Below are positions 11,209-23,000 of a stretch of 64,000 bases of DNA, piece by piece. Below the pieces are notes generated by a model that saw nothing but the letters and a program-made list of their open reading frames with translations, made no database searches and had not been told where the DNA came from. The position numbers and the translations under genes are program-made. The DNA comes from Takakia lepidozioides (Eukaryota > Plantae > Bryophyta), in assembly GCA_030704615.1 (NCBI GenBank), contig CM060731.1:77686001-77750000 (forward strand), in the 5' to 3' direction. Within the stretch, counting starts at the first letter, position 1; each line of letters begins with the position of its first letter.

Positions 11209-12059
11209 GCTTGGCTTGCGGTCCACATACAATGGTACGCCCATCCTTTTCGGATAGTAGAACTGTACTGCTGCCAGTACCTCAGACTCTGGCCACAGAA
11301 AGGTCCGACATATGTCTTGCCTACCAGTAACCTGTTTTGATCGAACTAAGATATTACTATATCGTTCACTTGTTTCCACGTGCATGTATTTTTGTATGTT
11401 GGAGGGTTCATGTTTTTCTGCTTTCCGAAAACTTGCTCTCCTCATTCGACCTCCGACAAGGAAATGCGGCGCCGAATTTCCAAGTATCGTCGTAGGTACC
11501 CCCAGAGGCGGCCTTCGCCAACACCAAACCGCTCCGAAATTTCGCACGTGCGAACCCTAATGCGGCACCCTATTTCCCAGTTCAGTTGCAAACCTTTCCC
11601 GCCGAATACCCGAAGAAGACAGAATTGTGAAGTACTGCAGACTGTATTGGTGCAGACTCCATTGGTTCAATCGCGGCAAAAGGGTCAGCTTCATTCCAAT
11701 GTTAAGGCATGTAAAACCGCGGAATACTCTATACAGGCCAGTATGCGACGTCCTTTTGCAGTGGTATACTGGATTTCCCGTTGCACGGTCACTTATTTCC
11801 ATGAGCGGATCTATAAAACCATGAGCGGACTTGTTACTGACGACATATCTTCGCCGCATTACATGATCTGGAACGTCCAAAAACGGCAAGGTCAAATAAA
11901 AAACTATTATTTTAATACTTGTTTAATCTGCCGCATTTCCAAATTTGGAGGAGTCCGCTCATGAAATCCGCGTATCTTAGACTTCGGCTCACCGCTCATG
12001 CGGCTCATGCGGCTCATGGCTCATGGCTCATGGTTTCTGCTCAATAAATAGTAAACCTC
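8362..12059 (+). mobile_element. MULE-like DNA transposon, right-hand copy with terminus ...TGCTCAATAAATAGTAAACCTC
   Basis: The terminal 22 bp are the reverse complement of 6006-6027 with 3 mismatches. Clustered GCTCATG subterminal motifs at ~11957-12032. Confidence 0.8.
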
Positions 12060-12348
12060 AGTGTGAAACTAGCTAGGAAATAGTTAGTTTTGATATATTG
12101 ATATTTGGGATTGACCCAAGTGTCAATCCAGGGGCCAATATATGTTTGGGCACCTGACGTTGTTATCTTCACGGTAGATCGCGGTGGGCTCATCTTTCTC
12201 GAGTTGAGCCTCACCGCATCTAGCTATGGCGCCGTAGTGGGGATTCTCCATGGCGTGGGGTGCACTTGGCTCGACTTAATATATGAGTGATGTTTTCATG
12301 TGCAAGTATGTGAGTTTGAGAGAGCTTGTGTGTTTGTTCATTGTGATG

Positions 12349-12512
12349 GACTAGAGTGGTGGCTAGTGGCAGCCTAGTGGTTGGACTAGTGGCTGCACTA
12401 GTGGTGGCTAGTGACAGCCTAGTGGTGGACTAGTGGCTGCACTAGTGGTGACTAGTGGTTGTCTAGTGGCAACCTAGTGGTGCACTAGTGGTGGACTAGT
12501 GATAGACTAGTG
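12349..12512. repeat. CTAGTGG-core minisatellite (11-12-bp units, ~14 copies)
   Basis: Repeated CTAGTG(G) separated by 4-5 variable bases. Confidence 0.9.
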
Positions 12513-15500
12513 TTTGGTGTGCACATGTGTTGTGTGGTTGTGGACAACGATGTAGTTGTGTAACGATATGTATGCACACGACAGGTAATGTATAGAAGCA
12601 AGTAATTTGATCTCTACCAATTAATTTTTTAGTGGATGAGATGATGAGATGAATGTCTAGTGACCTCGGGCACAAGATCCGGCTTCAAAATGTATATGAT
12701 AGATATGCCAATACTAAATGGTATAAACTTATGGGCTCATTCATGTTTTCTTATTAATTTTTAATTTTTAATTTTGTTTTTTGGTTTCCCGGTGAGCGAG
12801 GGAGTATGTTTGATTTCTAAGTATATTCATAATTTTGATGAGGGTATGTTCGTCAAAGACAATGTTGTGGGCCTGGATCATGGTCACAGGCATATGGGTT
12901 ATATGTGATGTCAATGATGAAGCTAGAAAAGAAAAGACATGGGGTATGATGCATAAGTAGGGTGAAAAACCAAATTTCTATTTAGTGGAACAATATGTTT
13001 TGTATTTTACAGTCTCTCTCTTAAAAATAATAAATAAATAAATAAATTCCAGAGAAAAATACCTATGAAAACTAGAAATAAAGTGGCATTTAGGTGGCAG
13101 TGATTGTGGTGGGAAATTGTTGATCTAGGGACTAAGAAATTAATTGAACTCCATGTGGTTTGGAGGACCAACTTTTGGAAAGCTAGATCAATAATGAAAA
13201 CAATTCAAAAACCTTTTTCAAGCAATCATGGCTGTTGTTTTTGGAGCTATAGAAGGTGGTGGGGGAATTCTACCTCTCTCTCCCCGGTCTTTTCTTTTTA
13301 TTGGTCCGCGAAGAGCAATTGCAACTTGTGCACGTAGTACATGTTGGATTGCCATGGTGAAAACTAGTGCAACTAGAACCTTATGTTCCCCTTGTCCACG
13401 CGGAGGGCTTACAAGAAGGAATATACCATACTTGCCCAAGCTATTCGTCAGGACCCTGCCGGACTTTTTAAGAAGGGTGGCAGGTACGGTAGATCTCAAT
13501 TATTATTTCTTGGTTGGGTGGTAAACGCTTTGACACATTATCTTTGGTCCCTATGACTCAATACTAATATTTTATATGCATCTAAAGTTAAGTTCAAGAG
13601 TACTGTGGGGCCAATAATGCTCAATCAAATTGGTCCCATTGTTTATTTATTTGTCCCTACAAGTGTAAAGGGGTCCATGCTCTTCATATAATTTCTAGAG
13701 TTTTGAGATTTTGACAGCTACTATCATTTATCCATTATCTAGTAGACAGAAAGTACAGTACAGACTCATCAATTAAAAAGATGATATTGGATGAAAAAAT
13801 ATGACAGAAAATATAGTCTTTGATGAATCTGTATTCCTATTTTTATTGGCTTGAGAGGATACAACAACTGAATGACGTGCTGGGGAAGAGTGTATCCTCA
13901 GAGTGAAATGATAACCACGACAACGCATTTTACACATATCAAGCTCTGTACAATACTATATCCTCTTAAAGTTTCCTGTGTTATAATACAAATACCTGTT
14001 CTAGAAGAAGAAGAAGACTCCGGCCAAAGCCCAAGTGATTTATACCTGGCACTCTCAAATGCTGATAGACTAAATACTGAATCTCAAGATATTATGAATG
14101 TACAAGTTTTTCACTTAAAAATAGTTAATTTAAGGAGGTTCATAAGGTGGCTAATTGTCGTCAAGATCTATCCCCACAAATAGAGATATAAAAATGTACA
14201 TATCTAAAGGAAACACCCCCGCAATCGCTCACAAATCGAGCCCCTTAATTATTATTTGCTTGTTTTCAAGCTCGATTAATTATCCAACTATAAAGAGTAT
14301 ATGTAGTACCCTCAGACTCCCAGCCTTCAGCATTGAAAACCCTTAAAAGAAAAAAAAAACTTTAGATTTCCAATAAGATAAACTAACAAAATTATGAAAT
14401 ATTCAGTTAGTCTGCTAGTTTATTTAGTCATTCACTGTTTTAGTGACTAGGGACTGCTTTCCCTCCCCTTTCTACCAAAAAACAGAGAAAAAAAACTGCT
14501 TTGACACTTGGCACCATATGAATACTAACAGTAGAATTAGACTAATTATTACTGAATATAATTAAAAACTGGAGCCTGATAAAGACAGAAAGTATCTATA
14601 TAGCGCAATAGACGTGTGGACTTTGTGAGGCAGACAAAGAGAGGAGCGCAGCTGTGCACGAGCTGCGTCTGTGGACGCCCACCAGACGGTCAAGGATCTG
14701 CCGTGGCACGTTGTTGACATGCGGGGTCGCTTCATGTTGAATTCAGACATGGCCCAACACTTGTATGCTGTCAGCCATGCTCGTGCATCTGCTGCAGAGA
14801 AAAGAGGGAGAAAAGGAAATCAAGGTTTTGTGGTTGGGTTGATAGAATTGGGTCAGGAGGACGAGTTTGCAGATTGGATCTGTAATTCCGAGAACACAGT
14901 GTTCACTCTCTAAGCTGTTCAACACTCCAAGCTGCTGTTCAATTCATGGTCAGGTGATCTTAACACTCCGCTCCACTGGCTTGATTACCACTAGAGATTT
15001 GTATGTTCATCTGTTGCAATTAAATTCTGGTGGTGCCTGAGTTGATCAAGCAGCTGCTTCGAGTTTTGATCCTCCCATTGTCAATTGTTTTGAGAAAAAT
15101 GGAAGAAGAGGTTCATGGGCTAATCCAGGGGTCTGTGAAACGAGTCACAACACATGTTGTGAAGGCTGAATCTTCTGCACCCACACTGAGAGACAGAAGA
15201 TTGACCAAATGATACGAGAGACTTTCCCTCAGAAGTCCAGATGCATGTCGGGGAGATTGTGATTATGAACGAGAGGAAAAAAAGTAGCAAAAGAGACGAG
15301 CACAGGGATCCGAAGAGCTAATTATGCGAGGAGGTGTTGAAATCTACGATATATAGAAACTAACTTTATGATCTCTGGACAATTAAAGCCCTTGGCAAGC
15401 AGTTTTCTACGGTCTCATGAGGCCGAGCGAGTGATGGGGTAGAGGGGAGATGTTGTATGAGTGCCCAGTGAGTGCTGAGGGGGGAAAGGAGACACGTGCA

Positions 15501-15621
15501 TGCGTCTTTCCGCACGTACTTCTGGCATGGATTACTTACAGAACATGGGTTTGTTGTGTTTGTTTGATTCCAGGAGTGAACAAAGGCTTGCAACAGAGTT
15601 TGAAACCATCGGGGTGTCATT

Positions 15622-16761
15622 ATGTCACTGCCGATGAATAACGAGCTGGCTGACTTAGACGAAACAGATGCAGAGTGCACTAGCAAGGGTTCAAATTATG
15701 GAGAAGATCCAGCGGGGTCGTTGCGGAAGCAGGATACGTTCTCTTATTGGTGGGACGTACTAGCAGAACAATTAGGAGATTTGCGCTTGTTGGGGCTAGC
15801 ATTAGGCTACTGCTTGTCAGCGTCCCTCCTCTCCATCATAAACAAGTGGGCCATCATGGAGTTTCCATACCCGGGCTCACTCACAGCGCTCCAGTACTTT
15901 ACCAGTGCAGCTGGAGTGTTTATCCTGGGCAGGACAAGATTGCTTGAACACGACCCCCTCTCACTTTACACCATGTGGAAGTTTCTTCCAGCAGCCATAT
16001 GCTACTACCTATCCCTCTTCACCAACAGTGAACTCCTCCTGCATGCCAATGTTGATACATTTATTGTGTTCAGATCAGCGGTGCCAATCTTCGTGGCCAT
16101 CGGAGAAACACTCTACTTGAAGCAGCCATGGCCATCCCTCACGACATGGTCCGCTTTGGGAGTAATTCTGGGGGGTTCTACGCTGTATGTTTTCACAGAT
16201 TCTCATTTCACATTTACAGCTTATGGCTGGGCATTTGCATATGTTGCTAGCATGGCGGTGGATTTTGTGTACGTGAAGCACATCGTGATGACAGTGGGAC
16301 TAAACACATGGGGCTTGGTGCTGTACAACAACTTGGAAGCACTCCTCCTCTTCCCTTTGGAGCTTCTGCTGATGGGGGAAGGCATGCAGCTGAAGAACGG
16401 GACTGACAACCTCTCCCTGGACTGGCTCTCTCTCAGGATGTGGCTGCCAGTGGGTCTGTCTTGCGCATTTGGTCTGGCAATCTCCTTTTTTGGCTTCTCC
16501 TGCCGCAGGACAATATCAGCCACTGGCTTCACCGTGCTGGGTGTGGTGAATAAGCTGCTGACTGTTGTCATCAACCTCCTGATCTGGACAAAGCATGGAT
16601 CCATGATTGGCACTTGTGGCCTGTTGATTTGTATTATCGGCGGTGTTCTCTACCAACAATCCACTGTGAAACCCAAGTTCATAATTACACCCCCCAGTTA
16701 TGCCCCTGTTGAAGATGTGGAGCAACCCCACAACATTGATCATGACAGCAAGTCTGGTTAG
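15622..16761 (+). CDS. GONST3: Golgi GDP-sugar transporter, GONST3/GGLT1 (GDP-L-galactose transporter) type; single coding exon
   Basis: GYCLSASLLSIINKWA, YLSLFTNSELLLHANVDTFIVFRSAVPIFVAIGE and the GVVNK GDP-binding motif match Arabidopsis GONST3 as recalled. Multiple hydrophobic helices. Confidence 0.92.
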   Translation: MSLPMNNELADLDETDAECTSKGSNYGEDPAGSLRKQDTFSYWWDVLAEQLGDLRLLGLALGYCLSASLLSIINKWAIMEFPYPGSLTALQYFTSAAGVFILGRTRLLEHDPLSLYTMWKFLPAAICYYLSLFTNSELLLHANVDTFIVFRSAVPIFVAIGETLYLKQPWPSLTTWSALGVILGGSTLYVFTDSHFTFTAYGWAFAYVASMAVDFVYVKHIVMTVGLNTWGLVLYNNLEALLLFPLELLLMGEGMQLKNGTDNLSLDWLSLRMWLPVGLSCAFGLAISFFGFSCRRTISATGFTVLGVVNKLLTVVINLLIWTKHGSMIGTCGLLICIIGGVLYQQSTVKPKFIITPPSYAPVEDVEQPHNIDHDSKSG

Positions 16762-17798
16762 ATCATCTAAAGTGCCTTGGCTTCACATCTCTACACCTTA
16801 GTTTATACTTCTATCTCTCTGACTACAACAGCGATATTTGCTTGCAGCCGGCGGAAGATCATGAAGTAAAATCCGCAACCATTAGCTCGCTCATTTATTT
16901 CATGCACCCTCCGGAAGCCCGATACCGAGTCTTCTCTAAGTTACACACCATTCATGAAATTGTTGTTTTTCTTCACCTCAGCACCGCGCACACCGAGGAG
17001 CTTGTTTGAATGGTGAGGGAGTGAGTAGAGAGCTCTTAAAACCATGCACCTCTGAAACATGTTAAGATCCTCTCAAACACTCTGGTGTGGGCACTAGAAA
17101 GAATGCCAGCAGTGTGTTTGAGTCTGAAATGAAGAGACATTCTGAAGATGTGCTCAGAATTGTACTGCCCTCCATAACACCACTAGTTTTGTGGCACTGT
17201 TGAACTTCTATGGCTCTGGTAAGCATGCAATTTGGCCCACGGACACTTCGCTTCACAAGCTACAATTGTTGCACAGAACTGCTTGCACTTTGGATAATCC
17301 CTAACAAATCAGATCTGATATTGAACCCACTGGCTAAGTGATCGCATAATTAGGAGAACCCCAGTAGGTGTAACCCCAGAGAGTGTCACCCCAACATGTG
17401 TGACCCCAATGTGTGTGCCACCAGTGTGAATTTTCAAAACTTGAATTGCGCGAAGAGCGTAAACTCAATTTCTGTGATCTATCAATCATTCAACCAAGCG
17501 TATAACAGATGCACCCTCTCAGTAACTCAGCTAAGAATTCCAATGAGGATTTGCAGGGTTGGTTCCAAATTTGGGCTACTCAAATAAGACAGTAGCAGTT
17601 ATAACCAAACATACAAGTTACTGATTGGTTATTAGTGTGGTACTTGTACAGCAGTAGCCACTGATATATTTCTATGTATTTACAGCCAATATGTACATGT
17701 CATGGGATCCCAAATTATTCACTACATTGATCAGTGAATAAAACCAAGGCCTAAATTGCATCCTTGCAACTCCTGATTTCTTGAAGTGAAATCTGGTT

Positions 17799-20700
17799 CT
17801 ACACATTAGGCTGCAAACTGGAATGCAATGCAACATCACGAGAGGTTCCATATCTCTTGTCTATGGCGTCCAGGCACCACACATGGCCATCATCCAAATT
17901 AGGCAAGCGTGCTTCCACAAGGGGGGTTACTGGAGTTTGGGTTTGGGGCATGGTGACACCGGCCACCAACCTCAACGCATTCGACGCATCAACATCCAGA
18001 CAAACATCAATCAGTGGTACACCCTTTGGTGCTGGAGGGATACCTGTAATCTTCAAGATTCCAAGCAAGTGATTATCTTTGACAGTCGTTCCCTCTCCTT
18101 CGTAGACAAGAATGATCGCCTCTGTCTGATTAGCCTGGCTTGTGGTTAACACGACATCTCTTCTTGTTGGGATAGTGGTGTTTCTTGGTAAAATCACTGT
18201 AAACTCACCCCCTGTACAGCTCAAGCACATGCATCTGAAATCACTTGAACTGAACATATATGTAGACAAACAGCAAAGAAGATAAACTGACCACATCAAA
18301 CACCTGCCAGAATCTTGGCAGGTCGCTATACAAATTCGCTGAAAACTATACCTTCTGTCAACCATGGTCGGACTGAATTGAGCACCGAAAGGACCATCAT
18401 CACCAATTGCACCTATTGGTGGATTGCTTAAAATATGCACGTTCGTTCTGCACAGGATCTGTACTGTACCTGAAAGTCGAACACCCAAGCTGAGGGGCGT
18501 GACCTGAATTGTGAGCAAATCCAGGCTGCCTGATGGATCTGTCAAACCAGCTGTAATGGCCCCTTCTAGTGCTGCACCACATACTGCTGCTTCCAGGGGG
18601 TCTATCCCTGTGTATGCCTATCAAAACATATCTTGCACAACTTCAAAAAACAATCTAAAATACATCTCTGACTGGAGTAGATTTATTTCTGGGAATCTAA
18701 ACATAGGGAGGTCAAGAAATTCTCAACACTACAACACAACTCAGTTCTTGGATATGCTGAAGAACTGAATGGTGAAATCTGCCCACTGATACTTGACATG
18801 TACGTTGCAACAAACTGATAAAACTAAATTTCATACAGTGTGACAGCAAGTACTGCTATGCAATAGAGATCACTCCCATAAAGATGCTGTCAAACTCCAC
18901 TACATCCTATACGTCTTCTACTCTGGGTAGCAGGATGGTGAACATTACCTCCTTGCCATGGCACATCTTCTGCAGCAATGCACGTATCTTGGGGATTCGG
19001 GAGCAGCCTCCCACAAGGATCACGTCATTGATATTGTCTGGATCCATGTTTGCATCATCTAAGCATTGCTGTACCAAAGCCTGGCAGCGCAGAAACACAG
19101 CTGAATTTACGGCCTGAAACACCTCTCTTGTGATGGTTTTGGAAAACTTGACTCCACCGGCTGTTGTCTCGATGTGGGTGCTATCATGATTAGACAAAGC
19201 TAGCATTGCCCTCTCAACGGTAAACTGCAGCTGGCTTACAATCCTTTTCAGAGCATTTTCATCTTTCTCCAACAGGGGTTGAGTCTCGAGCACCAGATAG
19301 CTGATCAGATTGTGAAGAAGATCCTCCCCACCAATCACATCTCCAGCAACGGCTTTGATCTCTGATATTCCCCCAGCAGTTGTAGTCAAGGAAACATCAG
19401 TGTAACCTGCTCCCATATTAAAGATGAGAGCGACTCTCTCCACACTGCTGCTGTCTACGTCTCCCTGTCAGCAGAATGCATGCCAATAAGCCAAGAGTCA
19501 ATATCTCCATGTCACCAGACAAATGTCCCCCAACTAAGAATCCACCCGTCTGGGTGGCCGGCTTTCATTCAGGTGGGGTAAGGTACAGTCTTCATTATCG
19601 CCTGCTTTGCAGCCCTGTTATGGAGTCCATGGTGTGATTGCTGCCATCAACAGGGGGATGACAGCTGAACTGTCATTGAACTTGGGCTGTTTCCCTTTGT
19701 CAGACAACCAAGTGACACCCACAAAATGCCATCAAAACCAATGTGACCCTTGTGTATGAAACAGCGTATCAAATGTTACCAGTTGGAGTGGTACTTTGCA
19801 TTTAAGGAGAAAAACATATCCCTGGATTGTTGCCCTCACTCTCCTGATCCCTCTTTCCTTTCACAGGGGCTCTCTAATTCTCTGTTTGATTGGCTAAATT
19901 TGCTCTGCCTTGTTTGAAAGCTTATTTCTTTCTTTCCGTCTCTTGGAAATCTTGGGGAATTCCCAAATAGCTCCACCCCGACTGCCCCTATGATGCCTGA
20001 TCCAAGTGCAACACAAAAGAAACAGAGGGCCCCACAAAGGCAAACCGACTCGAGCAGTGTCTGGGTTGGCTTGCCAATACATACTGTATTTGCTTGCATC
20101 CAGGAAGGGGTTTATCCAATATACCACTATCCATTAGAACTAAGGAAACCATGTAGTTTTGCAAAGCAAACGACACAGTGGCGTCACACATTGTGGTTGT
20201 GCCCTGTACCTTGTTAGCTTGTTGCTGTTGTTGTGCATACACCAGGGCCACTGCGCTGGGTTCTGGCATCAAACGTTGAACTTCAAGGCCGGCCATGGAG
20301 CACGCCCTCTCCACTCGGCTCTGTTGAAATCTGCTGAAGGAAACAGGGACAGTAAGCACTGCGGAACGGACCACTTGCCCAATGTGTGCTTCTGCCATAG
20401 CCTTAAGTTCCGAAAGCAATACGGCAAGCACCTCTTCGGGCGTGGTAGACCTCCATACATTGGTCCCCAAGGCTCCCAGGTAAGGACGCATGCCAACATC
20501 CACTGATTGAACTACAAAAGGATAATGTTTACAGCTGTGAACCACAGGGTCAGTGTCGATTCGACCCACCAGCCGCTTCACATTGAAGATTGCACTCCCA
20601 GAGAGCAGCTCTTGCTCACTAGCTCCACCCGTCAGGCTTAGCCCACCCGTGCTATTTTCCTTGAACATGACATTAGCGGGCAATCGGCGTCGGCACTGTG

Positions 20701-21933
20701 CATTTGCGAGTACTTCCACGCGGGAATCCCGCCAGACGGCTACGCTACAATATGCCGTACCTGCACAATGCAGGAAGAATGTAGCATCGGAAGATTGATC
20801 ACTTCGTAGAGCATGCAAACAAAGGAGAAGCCTGCCCCTGATCTGAGTGCTGATTGTGTATAAATGAGAAGAAGTCCGAGCTCTGTGATTTCAACTGTCA
20901 CAAAACCAAAATGCAGAAACTTCCCACTTAGAGGTTTCTATGCAAGGGAAGAGCCGAATACGTTTTGAATACGTTCCTTATCTGACTGTATGAGGAGACG
21001 AAATTCGATAGGACCGCAAGGAACACATGGGAAAGGAGAAATTCAATCAGTCGTTGGGCACTTCCTCTGGGGAAAACCTTGGGGTTTTCATTGTCAGAAG
21101 CATGACATGCTCCGAATGTGCGATCGAAGGATACTGAAGTTTGTACATACGATGGGTTTTGGAAAACTAAGGATTTCATGAGAAGCTTCAGAAAACCCAC
21201 AGTCCAATGATCAATACACCATGACATCTTGAGGTCATTCACTTTGAGATTACACATCATGCCTTCTAGCCTAATGTTGATGAAAACTGTGAATAGATCC
21301 GTTCTTGCCTTATCTCCAAGCCTCTTGAAGATTCTTCATCTTCTACTCTAGAGTAACTTGTCTACCAAAAACTTAGCCAGGAGCTGGTGTACTAATTCCC
21401 CAGAGAATACAGGGAGGTATAAGCATTATACAAAAAGCCCCTCTTTATATTGCCAGAAATTATATAGGCTCCAAGAACACAACAGATCATGTTTACATCT
21501 GAAGATTTTTGTGAAATATTATTCAAATCTCCTTCTCGTGCTCAAAAGTTCTCATAGTATGTGTATTCTTTCAGGCGATTCTCCGAGAGCTTCACAGTGG
21601 TCGATGCACGAGCTGCCAAATGAGGATTCCTGTGCCATAGCTGCGAAAAACTCCGACTTCACGAGAGCCAGTGGCCCCGATCGTTCGCAATCAAAAGTTG
21701 CACAGAACGAGTAGCGATTTCTTCACTGGATCTCAGCAGATTCCATTTGCTTCTCATATTCCTATGCACTCACACACGACGACGTCTCGAGCAAAGGGTG
21801 TGACGATATTATCATAATCTGCAGGAAACTCACCCACATCGACGCCCACAGCTGCTTCCGCATACTGACCTCCGCTGGAAGAGTGGTCAGCCGGATCACT
21901 CTCCGTTGCAACAGAATAAGAAGCAGCCTCCAT
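17799..21933 (-). CDS. HSP70T-2: Atypical Hsp70 (HSP70T-2/HSP70-8 type); exons 21933-21834, 20760-20210, 19464-18949, 18617-18470, 18211-17799
   Basis: The spliced model reads MEAASYSVATES...AVGVDVGTAYCS, AIFNVKRLVGRIDTDPVVH, LMPEPSAVALVYAQQQQ, LIFNMGAGY, ILVGGCSRIPK, LDLLTIQVTPLSLG. All introns are GT-AG and in phase. Confidence 0.9.
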
Positions 21934-23000
21934 AGCTGGTGCCAGATCTCAACCTCTACCACTCCAAATGCAATCCAGTGATGTCAATACTAAGGGACCA
22001 CAATCTTCTCCGCGAGAGAGACAGGACACATTGCCTTCCATAAACTGAGAAAGGGTGGCAGATGGAAGGCATGCAGTCTGCGTGCTGTCATGGGCCAGTG
22101 GGATCCATCCTTCCGGTTTATACAATGTAGTAAGATTTGATGAGCAGACTATTGCATGGCAGTACCCATGAGGAAATAGTGATTAAGTTGCCAATGGTTG
22201 TGAGGAAGACGAATGAAGACTGTTCACTTCTACTTAAGAGCATCAAGAGTTGTGAAGGCGGCACCCATTTCCATTTCTGTCATGTTCACTAATAGTGGTG
22301 GCTCATCCCAGGATGGCAGTACCTGTAGATGTGTTGGAGCATGCTGGCATGATCCTGCATGTGACTGATTTATGGGTTTTCGTGTAGGAACGTGGGAACT
22401 TAGAAACAGCGTGGGAGCAGGACTCAAACTGTTACTTGTGGACCAGAACTAGGAGAAGGTGGACGCAGAAGGTTCCCAGTAGGAAACTGGAGCAGTCGTT
22501 CATTGAGCTAAAACACCTCATGGATATGCATATCCTTCAACCAGGGTCTGTCACGGAAGTTCTTGTGTCAATCACTTTTGATTACCACCTTTGATTCTCG
22601 TCTCCAACAGTAACACACCCATAATCTTCAATGATGGAATAAGATGATCTTTCAATTTGAAAATGTACAGTGGGATCTTCTGCAGAAAGCCAAATAATAA
22701 TTATCAATTCTTGCAGGGGGTGCACTGCTCCTAGGCTTAGCTCTCCTGTGTGGCCACAGCCTTCTTTATAGCATTGTGCCACCTCTATCTGGCACAATCC
22801 TCAAGGAAGTCACCTTTACAGTACGCCTCACACTTGGATCTTCACCTTCCCAATACTACTAAGATGGCCCTCAAGCTTGCAGAGTACCTGTAATGTATGT
22901 TAGAAGATACATAGTTGCTGCAGGGCTAGTGTTCTGGTTCCCAGAAGGCACTGACTACTGACCTGAGATCCCCTCAAATTTGCTTCCAGTAAAACCTTGA

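Noticed and set aside
6006-12059. Classification as a Sola or Zisupton/KDZ element because of the GAG...CTC termini and SWIM finger
   Set aside because: The catalytic layout (D...D...CxxH...N-x-x-E-S followed by SWIM) fits Mutator-like transposases, and no 4-bp or 8-bp TSD is visible.
12349-12512. CRISPR-like array (also considered for 40845-41023)
   Set aside because: Eukaryotic context, contiguous tandem units without unique 25-45-bp spacers, and no cas genes.
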